From Takakia lepidozioides (taxonomy: Eukaryota > Plantae > Bryophyta), in assembly GCA_030704615.1 (NCBI GenBank), contig CM060732.1, positions 43,586,001 to 43,650,000 on the forward strand: 64,000 nucleotides of DNA, read 5' to 3'. Within the stretch, counting starts at the first letter, position 1, and the number at the start of each line of letters is the position of its first letter. This document shows positions 1-11,814 of this stretch, piece after piece. The position numbers were made by a program, and so were the translations under genes. The notes beneath the pieces were generated by a model. That model saw only the letters and a list, made by a program, of their open reading frames with translations, searched no databases and was not told where the DNA came from.

Positions 1-195
1 CAAGTTCGCGGTTCGCTGGTGTGCATAAATTACTTGTAGGGTTCTTTACTTAAGTTTGCGTCTCTTCTGCTTTTATTATTACATTGTGGTTGGCGGAAGA
101 AATGTAGGGAATCGGACACAATGATTTTTGAAATCGTCAATATTTTCATTAAGTGTTTCAAAACTGTACAACAAAAGGATCCAAATGAGACTTTG

Positions 196-3100
196 CTATG
201 GTGAGGATCCGCGATCACTGTCCGATGCATCCCCGGCCTCATGCAAGGATGGCTGCCTTCCACCTGCCTCCGAACCTGCACTGCCGCTACCGCTGTTACT
301 CTGAGAAGCCCTCCCCTCAAAAATACCATCCTTACCAGCTGGAATTGTCCACCTGGGTGCGGAACTGTCCTCATCATCCCCCTCGCTCTCGGACGCGGAT
401 TCTATGACGAACTTGCCTACTCTGCCTTTCACAATTCCATGTTTGGCCTCACGCCTCATTATAAGTCTTTGCTCATTCCCGAATATCAATTGCTCAAACC
501 GAGTAGGCCTATCCTCCCTCCTGATGGCTTCTCTGGCAGCCGTGTCTGCATAGGCTGGTAGAAAAAAGGGCTTCTGGGGACTCGCGAGAAACGATTTTCT
601 GGCAAAGAATGGCCGATGCGATTCTGTCTCATCCTCTGCAACAGGGTCCAATTCGGGCAAGTCTCCCAGCATTTCCTCGTCCGACGACTCTGCAAGGCTG
701 AGTGTACGCACAAACACAGAATAAAGCACATTAGAGCATTCAAACAGGGAATCATCGGCAGGTTGCATGGTCCCTACAACCGAAACCAATACACTTACTA
801 TGGTGCAACTCACTCGAAGACAGGCATTGGAGGAAGCGGCTTCGGACGCCCTTGCATCGTACAAATTTCCTGGACTTCCTCCTCTTCCTCTTCCTCGTCC
901 CCTTCCACGTCCTCTTCTGCGTTTTTGGGATCCTCAGTCGGAGGCAGACGCTGTAGGCCCGCCAAATTGAAATCGTACAAGGCCGTATCCCCCTCAAATG
1001 AGAACACAAATCGGTTGGACATCCTTCCAGCCCACATACAGGCACCTGCGAATTCATAAAACACAACCACAGCCAAAGTCAAGAATGACTCGCTTTCTCG
1101 CGCAAGCAAACATACACAATCGGAAACGGTGTCAATTTCTGTGCCGCAATCACTTAACGCTCTAACTTGTATTTGCAATGACGTCGAGGACCCTGCCTTC
1201 AACATCCGTACACGTTTCCATGAGCGTCTGGATGAATGCAGGACTCCTGGTCCTGCCATACCTCCAAGGCTTGCCCGACAAATCACAAAGCATGTCCTTC
1301 TCTCCCACATGGTTGAATAGGACGTTATACTCCAGTGGATCAACTGTGGAATCAACAAGTCTGTGTGCTTGACGTAATTTGAATTTCGAATGTTCCTTCA
1401 CGAAGCAGAATGCCTGAAAGATAAGAGTCTGCAAAGAAGGAAATGAAAACGTGAGAGGTGGCCTACACGTACATGGACAATTTCGGCGCTAAAATTGGCA
1501 GAGCAGAGGAGAACCGCAACATACCTTCTGACCATCGTTGAGAAAACCCTGCGTGTTGATGCAAGTCCAGATCTTTTTCAGGATGGGTGCTGCACTTCTC
1601 CCCGTTCATACTTTAATATCATTCTCAATGACTTCTCCATCGGCTGCTAGCACAACAACACAGCCGTCGTCGTCCAACATGTTGGCTGCGAACCCGAATG
1701 TGTGGCTCCAGTATCTTTCGTCGTACATGTTCCACCAGGGTAGTGAGCCCAGCCCCAGTATCTCTTGCCCATCCGGGATAACCACAAGGATCATGTCGAT
1801 GGAGGCTTTCACCGCCCTGCCCCAGACTGTGCTCTTTTTGCCGTGGCTCATCGCCACAAAATACTCCATCATCTTTGTGTAGCCAGGAGTGTCCTCCATA
1901 TCATTGCCAGTGGCCTTCCTCTTCCCCTTCCCCTGGTGGGCCTCGATCGCCTTCCTCAATCTCGTTTTCTCCAGCCTTCTGGTCAGAGCAGTTAGGAAAT
2001 TTTCATTAACACACTCTACAATTGTGGGTGTTTTGAGGACTTCCCTGCCTGCAATGTGCACCACACGGTAGGGTCTGCCAGGTGCATCCTCGTATAGTGA
2101 TCTCTTTGCAGCCGAACCCCCGGAGCGCTGGCCCTTGTGAATTTTCGGACGAGGTGTGGCCCCCTGAGTGTTATCTTGCTGGAAATCGTCGTCGGAAAGA
2201 TAATACATAGTATTTTGTTGGTAGCCTCTGCTTGCCCATTACCCTGTGGGTAATATCATCTGGCTGACTATGTTGCTGCTTCTTCTTCTTGGGTGTGGGG
2301 GTCTTCGTCTCTTGCCCCTGTTTGCGCGTTCTTTTCTTCCTGTCCTTGGGCTGCTCAGCTGTCTGCTTCTCCATCTGCTCCTTCGCCAACGCTGCCGCCT
2401 TGGCTAACTTTCTCAGTGCTTTCTGCTTGGCTGTCTCCTCTGGTTGGGGATCCGATTGCGCCTTCATAGCCCTAGCATTTGCTTCATTCTTCAAGTTAAC
2501 CTCCGAGAGGTCAACGGTCCCACTTGGGAGATCCACATACCAGGGACAGTCTACCAAATGCTCGGCATGCCACTCCTTCGCCATTACTTCTGTGTACACC
2601 GTACCACGACCTCCAGGTGTCCTCCACGCCAGGAAGAATGGTGGAACCCTTTGAATGGCTCCGGACGGAATGAGTGCAAAGTTTATGTACCTGCAATCAC
2701 GAGGCAGTTCAACAAAAATCATTATACTGATGCATCATGCAAGAGGAAGTTCTCAATGCACAAGGTATTTCGGCACCGAAATACGCAGTGGACCGTGCCC
2801 CAATTACCCAGCACTCACATCTTGCAGAGGTATATTTCGGCGCCACAATACCCACCGCTGCTTAGCTGAATCATCAAAACTGCAAATAGGGGGATGCATT
2901 GGCAGCAGATTACCTGAACATGACACGTATTGCCGCTTTGTCGGCACCCTCCTGCTCTTTGATGTATACGCTGCATCTTGCCTTTGCAATTTCTCTGAAA
3001 AAGAGGTTTGCGAAGTGCCCTCGCCAGGACTGCACGTAGTTCTCCATTGTCTCCGGTTTCGTCCAGTCGATCTGTAACTTGAAAGTGGTGGTGTTGCAAT

Positions 3101-4166
3101 CCAATTGCTCCTGGGCGTGGGTCAATACCTGCAGCAGTGCAGGTTTCCAAAACATTCATGAATTTGAAATTGCGATGATGTCCAACACACAGAAGAGGAG
3201 GAAATTATACCTGATGCCACCAAGTCATCACATTGAGCCAGTCGTTCATTTTGTCATCTGTTGGCTCGATGGGAAAGTGGTACAGCAGCTTCGTGTTTGT
3301 ATGGCCGTTCCAGATTCGCAGCCACCTCGTCTGCATGGCCTAACATCGGTCAGACATAAGAACTTCATCATGAGAATCGCGAAGACACAAAACAAGAACA
3401 AACACATGCTTACCTTCTCCGCCGGCTCAACACAGGACACTGCGATTTGATGAAGTTTCTCCATGGACATTTCCGGTTTCATGGGTCTGGAGTAATGCAG
3501 TCATATCTCCGCCAGGAACTCGGCACCAAGACCAGGGTCAGCGATTGCAACTTGCTTAACAAGTTTGGACCTGTACTTGGTCTGTGATTGCCTCCCTGCC
3601 TGCACAATGTGACTCTCTATCGACGCGTCCGCCTTGTTGGGGGCATCATTCTCAAAGAACTGCCTTTTGGCATAGGCCAAGTCATCCCTGATGTTTGTCT
3701 GCATACCCAGCGGATACAGTCAGGCCACTGATCCCTGCAACAAATAGCATTAAATCGGGAAATTTGAGATGAACCTCACCGAATAGAGGATCTCCACCAT
3801 GGCGTCCAGTGTTGGTCGGTACCAGGTGCGATCCGCTTTCGCAAGGGACTTCCTGTACAGCTCGGGATCGAGGGATTTTTGGAAGTCCGTCGGCGGTGCT
3901 GTTCCCACTTCTTGCACTCTGTAGAGCGTATGTGCCAGATGAGTTTCCACGAAGGCCCTCTCTATTACCCTACCATGGAGAAAAAAAAAAAAAAAAAACA
4001 TGAAAATATGATACAAAAATAACCAGATTTCGGCACAACAATCCAATTTCCAGTTCATAGAGTGCATGACAGTCAAGAACATTGTCTATTTCGGCGCCGC
4101 AATAGGCAGTACACAAGGATGTAGTTGTATACTTACAGATTTATATCCGCCATGGCACCCGTCAGC
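196..4166 (-). pseudogene. Multi-exon TE-type accessory gene with C-terminal divergent beta-class N4C/N6A DNA methyltransferase-like domain (paralog A); 5' part cut off by the MULE end at 4167
   Basis: ORF pieces 2171-2722, 1606-2208 (SIDMILVVIPDG..PWWN..ANMLDDDGCVVV), 1162-1434 (GKPWRYGRTRSPAFIQTLMETCTDVEGRVLDVIANT) and ~1045-960 (GACMWAGRMSNRFVFSFEGDTALY). These resemble motifs IV, VI and X-I-II of N6_N4_Mtase and are collinear with the gene at 25423-27597. GT-AG introns, stops and frameshifts are present. Confidence 0.6.
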
Positions 4167-4939
4167 CAGGGATGCCTCGGCGTGAGCCTGGTCACGTGAG
4201 CGCGTGAGCGCAACTGCGCTCACGCCACGTCACCTTGCGCAAATGCCACGTCACGGGGCTCACTCCACGTCATTACACGTGAAGGCCGCGTCACCGCGCC
4301 CAGAAAGAAGTGGAGTGTATTCCCGCAGATTGGCACCCTTTACCGCGGAAACAAGCTGGACGACATAATAAAAGGCATTGAATAAATGATGGATGAATGT
4401 ACAGTTGGATGATAAACAGATGGATGAGTGTGAAAAATGAATGTAGATGGATGAATGAGGGATGGATAAGAGTAAAATGGATGAATGTATAATGGATGTT
4501 GAGCAATGACAAAAATTCATGACATGAAGATGCATGATCAAAACTTTTGACGAATGCACAACGTATATGAAATGAGTGTGGAAGGTTTGTGGGGTGGATT
4601 AAAGAGTACAGAGGATGAATGTACAGTGGATGTTGAACAAAGGAAAAAATTCATGAATGGAGCACGCATGAATACACTGTAGATGAATGCACAATGGATA
4701 TGAGAAGAGTCAGGGAGGTTTGTGAGATGGATTCATACATATTGCAATTTAAATGAAAGTTGATTCTGTGATTATTATTTGTTCTAAGGAACAACTACGG
4801 TGGAGGAAGGGGATTCAACGTTTTCCAGATAGTATGAAAATGAATATTAAAATAATACAGTTCAGTCTGACTCAGAGTCAGTACAATGTATCCCCGCTTC
4901 CTCTACATCTAAGTCTATGTATTTTAGAACACCGGATCC

Positions 4940-5978
4940 ACGCTGGATACACCTACGGCTGGCCACTAAAAAGTCAGGGGATAGGGATTCGGCCGCGTGA
5001 AGTGCCATTGCTTCGGCATAAACAGGAAGCAGAAAATTGGAAAGGGGGCTGTCGAAAACAGACTCGCCAGAAATGACTGTATCTCCTGAAGATCCACCGC
5101 TGCCTTTCCTGAAAGACAGCCTGAAAAAGTTATTACTGTAACTTTGATGTTATTGAGAAATTGAGTATGGCTCCCAAAGAGGGTTTAGCACTTACTCACA
5201 TGAAAAGTCGTTGTCGACCTGCTTATCTTCGGGATCGTCATCATTTCAAATTTGAATCCGATCAGTCTGTGTGCCTGAAGTGGAGCCAGACAAAAGGGGG
5301 AGGAGCACTGTGTTGTAGAGGTCAAGAATCACCCTCCATGCCAAAAAGGCTTCTTCTGCCTGCCTTGCATGCATGGTAAGTTGCTCCTGCACCACACAGG
5401 AGGACATGAACAGTTTGGTGGGGGGGATTTAAGCAGATGAAACTGTTGAAAGAAAACCAATTCGGAAGGGAAAAGAACGAACATGTGGACACAGAAAGAT
5501 CGACCACCCGTGCAGAGCGGTGGCTGCATGACTCCAACAGTATTTGCATGAACGCTGGGGACTTTTCCTTTGCACCTCTCCAGGGAGTGCCATCTGGTCT
5601 CTTCAGAGTCTGACTGGACTGCATGAAGTTGTACAAAATGTCATCGACATGGGGCTCATAGGGGGGGTTGACGAAACAACCCTGGTCAGAAATCTCAAAG
5701 CTGCGGATGGAGGATGGTATCTTTGAGGTGCGAATCCTCCGCAGGCAGATCGCCTCGAACATCCTCGTCTGCCAAAGATAGCAGGTTAGTGTGGTAAACA
5801 CAATCTATAGTGGAAGTGTGTACATCGGCTATTCAGAACTCAGACACAAAAAAATCATTTTTATCACGAATCGGTGATGATCGTTGTCGATCATAACAGA
5901 TTCTACTAGAGTGGAGCTACAGAGAACATTGAAACTCATCATGAAAGCACAAGCAGAAGGGAGACGGCATACCAGTTG
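4940..5978 (-). pseudogene. 3' part of the N4C/N6A MTase-like accessory gene of the MULE
   Basis: ORF 5322-5801 (PWRGAKEKSPAFMQILLESCSHRSARVVDLSVST / GATYHACKAGRRSLFGMEGD). Inverted homolog of 26560-27597. Confidence 0.65.
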
Positions 5979-8665
5979 TGTAGATACTTTCTTCAGTCTG
6001 GGTTCACAATCAAAGCGAATTGGAGGGTCTGGCGGAAAATCCATTTAAGCCTGGGACTGCCTCTTTCGTTTGCAAATTCTGCAAACTTGGCGCTGTGCGG
6101 AGCAAGAATGTACTATGTTGTCCACCGTTTGAAAAAAATGACAAGAGCTTGTGTGCATTTCGGTTTCCATAGCCATCTTGTCTCGAAGGGGGATTACAGG
6201 GAGAGTGTTGAGACAGTATCGAGGTTGACTAAGCAGGATTACGAGAGAAACCCTCCGCAACAACATCTGCAATTGCTCTTGGCGCAAGCAAGTCCTTCTT
6301 GGAAAGCCATATTTTGAGTGAAGGGGATTCTATGGGGACTAAACTTGACGGTGCCGCATTGGACCTGGTCATGGATCATTTATCCACTTTGAGTTCACCT
6401 AATATTCGGCATCAGATCAATGCATTGAGAATGGGCTCTGGGATCAGAGGCTACATAGACAACATTTTGGAATTGAAACGACTGAGCAAGTACGACTACA
6501 TCCAGAACAATGTTTTCCCAGGTCAAGGTGCCATCAAAGTGTTTCTTTTCAAAATGTCGATTGTTGGGGAGGGCAGTGGCGTTAGCCTCGTGAAGTGGAT
6601 GCAGAAGACTGGGGACTTGCAGAATTGTTTTCTTATGTTTGATCATGTGAAACGAGTGAAAGACTGGACGACAATGGCTTGTCATGTGTACGATCCAGTG
6701 TACCAACGAGTTATGACAATTGCAGTTTGTGACATGCAATCCGAGGATACGGAATCCCAGAAGCTCATGTGGAATTCCCTGATACGTGTTATGGGCTGTC
6801 ATGGGGTGCCATCTCCAAATTTCGCAGGTTTCATGGCGGATAGTGCTCAGGCGAATTTCAATGCTGTTCGAATTGTCTTCGAATCGGGCGACCCAAAAGT
6901 GCCAATGCCGGGAAGAGAGCGTACATGTCTATTCCATTGGACACAATCTCTGGAGAAACATACAAAGGCGGACATTAAACCAGAGATGCAGACTCAGCAC
7001 CGTACATTGTGCAAAGAGTACAAAGATGCTAGAACAATGAAGGAGGCGGACACTTTGTTCCAGACAATTCATGCCTGGTGGTTCTCTTTTGGAGCTGCAT
7101 TGCTTGAGAGTATGAGAGCATTGAAAGATTGGCTGGCGTTTTGGCACTTCCAGTACAGACAGTGGGGAGCGGCCATGACAATGGTACGAGGCTTATATTT
7201 CTTGCTTTATTCATACATTTGTTTTCCATATTTTTGACTCATTGCTTTCTTTATGTTGTTTCCTGTGCACTGTTCTGAAGTGTGGTTCTCCTCTTTGCAA
7301 AACATGTCTATTGAGGAAATGGCGGACATGTCATCTCTTAATTTGGCAAAGACTGTGCACAATGCATGGTTGCAACAGTATGGGAAACGAGGTCGGGATT
7401 TGTATGTGGCAACTACAGATGATTTGATACGTGCCTTGCAACAACAAACCCGATACCATGATTTCTTGCGAGGTGGGGTTGGTGGCAAGGGTTCGGACAA
7501 ATTGGAGTTGATGTTGCGTGCTGCAAACAGATCTGGGGATCCAAGCAAGATAGCACGGGCGGTGAGCATGTATGACCAGGGAACGCCACTTGTTTCAAGA
7601 GTTCAACATCTTGAAGGGGATGAGAGATTCGGCTCGTGTAAGAGGAAATTGAACACTCCACCTGGTTCGGATTCCGATTCGCACAGGGCAGACCGTGATA
7701 ACTTCTCGAAGCCTCGTGTTCTCTTGCATGACAGATCCATGTCCGGAACCTCCAACACGACGACAGGCTCCAGCATCAAACAGTGCCACTAAAATGGTGC
7801 AGGAGAGAAACAACCCCCTTGATGTGCTTGAGTCCGCATGCCCGGACCACGTTTGGCACATAGAACACACAAGTGCAGGGTCTCGTGTGAAATGTACAGC
7901 GATCAGGGCAACTAATTTTGAGAAGTGCACTTCATCTATATCCAGAGGTGCCCGGACTCTTGCTCTGACTTTCATGGGTTTGATGCGTCCATACGGTCAA
8001 CCAGAAGCCAAGAACCACAAGTTCTGGTTCTGCGCAGATAATTGTGGCAGCTGTGTGCATGGAACTGTGCGTCCTTCCGTGGTGATGAAGCCAGCTCCTC
8101 CAACCGTTTGGCACGTCAAGGTGGGGGAACACTCACAAGTCAGGAGATTGCAATGCTGGAGGAGGCAGACTTTTCCCTTGCGAGACAACCCCAACTGCAT
8201 GCATGTGCTACTACTTATGCGTCCTCTCGGGTACCTCCGGCAAATCCTCACTTGTGGCCAACCAAACGAGATGGAAAGCTCGTTCGGCGTTTCCCTCCAA
8301 CCACTGAACATTTTGGCAAAGTGGAGTCCACAAGAATGCTCCAAGCTCGTGTTGCAAGCACCACAGAAGTGCCCGATCCCGGATATGGTCGGGTGTACAC
8401 AATGATCAGTTCGACATCTGTTGTTCATGACAGGGCCTACGATATCATGGTTTCCAATTTCCCCAATTGCACATGTCCTGATTTTGTGAATATGCTATCA
8501 ACCAGTTTGGGCAAGAGATGTAAATTCATACCCTGCAAACATTTGTATTTCATATTCTTGAAGAGGATGGTTTGCGATCCCAAACGTGACAACTTCGTTC
8601 ACCGGGCCACTCTGAGTTTCAACGAGGTCAATACTCTATTGCAGCGGGATACAACACATAGGTAG
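5979..8665 (+). pseudogene. MULE-type DDE transposase with N-terminal WRKY/GCM-like zinc-finger remnant and C-terminal SWIM finger; inactive
   Basis: FDHVKR, FMADSAQA and CLFHW (CxxH) in 6299-7237. NLAKTVH where the catalytic Glu is expected. SWIM motif CTCPDF..PCKH in 8042-8665. Frameshifts and a missing 5' end. Confidence 0.8.
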
Positions 8666-9789
8666 CATCAACTATGCAATGTGGTATGTGGACGACCATG
8701 CTATGAAATGTGCAATTTGCAACATTGTCATGGAAATTCAATTCAAATCAATTCGTTTGCAACATCGTCGGCGGTGCAATGATATGGCGTCCCTTGTCAA
8801 GTTATTTTACCACTAGTGTGAAGTTAGCTAGGAAATAGCTAGCTTTTATATATTGATATTTGGGATTGACCCAAGTGTCAATCCAGGGGCCAATACATGT
8901 TTGGGCACCTGGCGTTGTTATCTTCACGGCAGATCGCGGTGGCTCATCTTTCTCGAGTTGAGCCTCACCGCGCCTAGCTATGGCGCTGTAGTGTGGATTC
9001 CCCATGGCGTGGGGTGCACTTGGCTTGACTTGTATTTGAGTGATGAGGTTATATATGCATGAGTTTATGCTTCAGATTTGTGAGCTCGTGCTTGTATTCT
9101 TCATCTTTATCACTCGAGAAAGATGAGCTCGTATTTGTGAATGTCAGATACGAGTTAGTTGTAGTACTTGTGGTTTTTGCTTGAGAATGAGAGAAACCAG
9201 GTTGTTATGCAAGGAGCACCGTGGAGCTCTTGGTTGTTTGAAGCGGAGGCGATGTGGGTTATGAGGTGGTAGACCTTGGCATTCGATCTTCAGCTTCAGA
9301 GATGAAAGCACCATGCTGCAGGTAATTCCAGAGCACCTTGATGGTTTCAGATTGTGTACATGCATGAGCAAGCACGATTGGGAAGAGGACCAGTCAAGAG
9401 CAGGTTATAGTGGCTTTGGTGGCAAATCTGAGAACTAGCCTTGGGAATGCGAGCTTTCATTGTGTGAAGGATTGCAAGACCAAGCGAAAGGGCTGATTTG
9501 GCTTGGGGCAAATCAGTGCACTTTGTGGAGTATGTTGAGATTGGGTTTCAATCTCGAGCTTCAGCATTGAGAGGGCTCTTGTCATGGCAAGAGCAGGGCT
9601 GGAACAGGAGCTAAGAGGTGCGGCAAGACAATGGAATGTGCACCTAGGGTTTCAGAGCTTGGAAGAAGAGCTCTTGCACCACAAGAGGAGTGTCTTGTGG
9701 CTGGAAATATAAGCCTTAGGGTTTCAGGAGCTTGGCAAAGATTGTGGAGTGCTTAGTCTTGTCTTAGAGAGCATCAAGGAGCTAAGGAG

Positions 9790-10270
9790 CCAAGATAGGG
9801 GGCTGATACCTCTTGTGTGAAGAGGTTGCATGTGTAGAGCATGTATTCAGCTCATTGAAGCTTCCATCTTCAAGCTTGGAGGGCAAGCAAGGAAGAGGGA
9901 AGGGCTGACTTCCCTTATATGAGAGCAATGCATGTGTGGAGCATGCTTTCAGCCTGTTGAAGGCTTGTACTTTCAGGTTTGGGAGTGCAAGAAAGGAAGG
10001 AAGGGGCCGGTTTCCCTGTAGGGCATGTGTGGAGCATGCTTCCAACCCGCTGAAGCTTGTATTTTCAGGTTGGAGGGTGCAAGAAAGGAAGCAAAGGGGC
10101 TGATTCTCTTGTGGTGAGAGTGGGGCATGTGTGGAGCATGCCTTCAGTCCATTGGGCTTTTGTTTTCAAGTTTTAGAGAACTAGAAGAGAAGGTAAGGGG
10201 CTGATCTGCTCTTTTGTGACAGTCCGACACTTGTAGAGCGTGTTCTTAGTTGGGGTTTCAACCTCAAGCC
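9790..10270 (+). repeat. Degenerate ~100-bp tandem repeat (about 5 units) in the 5' region of Gypsy copy 1
   Basis: Core GCATGTGTGGAGCATG recurs near 9828, 9930, 10023, 10125 and (degenerate) 10228. Confidence 0.7.
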
Positions 10271-10649
10271 TAGATAGAGCATGGCTCTTGAAGTGGCAGA
10301 TGTAGGGGGCTGGAATAGGCTCTAAAATAGATGCTATGGCCAAGGAAAACGCTACAATGAGTGCTCACAAGGGCTGGAGACCAGCAAGGCTTGGTTGTTT
10401 GCCATTGAGTTTAGTGGCGTGTTTGGGGAGTCTAAGTGAGAAAGAAGGCTTGGTTTGTGGCAACCATCTTCCTCATGGCTTAGGGCTACTATTGGTGGTG
10501 TGTGGGAGCCGAAAGAGCAAGAATACCTTGCTGATTTCTTCATAGCCGCCATAGCTCGGTGCAAAGAAGCCTAGAGTCCAAGAGACACAAACCCTAGCTT
10601 GGCGTGGCTAAACCCCTTGGAGAAATGGCTAAACTGCCATGAGTGGCCA

Positions 10650-11070
10650 TTGGGGCTGTGAGGGGCTGTGGGGCACAGGGCTGTGGCTGTGCCCAGTGGC
10701 TTGTGGGGCTGTGAAGCTGTGCCTATGGCCCGTGGGGCTATGACTGAGGGGCTGTGACGAGCTGTGACGGGCTGTGACGGGATTTGTGAGGGGCTTGGTG
10801 AGGGGCTATGACAGGCTGTGCCTTTGGGGCTGTGATCCCTCTGACTGTGTAGGCCTGTGATGGGCTGTTGACAGGCTGTGGCTTGGGGCTGTGACCCTGT
10901 GTGACTGTGTAGGGCTGTGACAGGCTGTGGCCTATGGCTGATGGGGTTGTGATGGGCTGTGACGGCTTGTGTGACCTGTGGCTTTTGGGGCTGTGATGGG
11001 CTGTGATAGGTGGGTCATGTGTGGGATGGTTGCTGTTGTGTTGTGACGGCTGTTGTTTGATGTGACAAGG
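10650..11070 (+). repeat. Degenerate (GGGCTGTGA)n minisatellite
   Basis: Many GGCTGTG(A) units are directly visible. Confidence 0.85.
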
Positions 11071-11814
11071 GACCTGTGTGGGCCTGTTTGGTGGAATGTG
11101 GTGGCCAGTGTTGACCTGTGGACGCCTGTGTGCTGACTCAGGAGGAACTGGTAGACTGCCTAAGGACTGGCATGTGGTCTTGAAGGCCGAATTTTGAAGC
11201 TTGTGGAGGGCGGTTTGAGGAGTATCTTCAGGATATTCCCATGGTCAGCAAGTGAGGGAAGAGACCCAGAAGAGGAAAGGGGGGGGGGGGAGGAAGAGTG
11301 TGGGATGAGGCATGTGGGGTTAGGCATTGCTTTAGTTCTCTTCCTTGTAGTTTCCACCCTCTCATTAGACCAAGACCTTTCCGTAGGTGGAGGCAGGAGT
11401 CAGTCCGGGTTTGGGCTGGGGTGTCCTTGCAGGATCAACACCGTGGAGTTGTTTTGGTGTGGGGGAGTTGTCGTTCTGATTTCTTGAGTTGGATCCCTCC
11501 ATACTTGCATGCTTGACTGTGCGCCATGCTAGTTTTGTGTGGGCGCTTGTTTTTATAGTGATTGGTCCGGATTTGATCACCGGCCAGTCCTAGAGCATGC
11601 TGTCGATGGTGAGGCTGGGGTGATGACAAGCCAGACCATCATTGTTTCTCCTGTGGTGAGGTGGCGGTGATGACCAGCAACCATAGGAGTGCTTACGGTG
11701 GATGCAGATACAGGTGTAGGCTATGTTAGGAACTTAGTATTCCAACCATAAGCCGCAACAGGTTCTCTACCCGGTACCTTGTGGAGAGGGGGTTAGGGAC
11801 ATGTTCATGACCGG

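Noticed and set aside
11761-11778. tRNA primer-binding site after GCAACA (also 56541)
   Set aside because: The position is suggestive, but the two copies differ and I could not match either to a specific tRNA 3' end.
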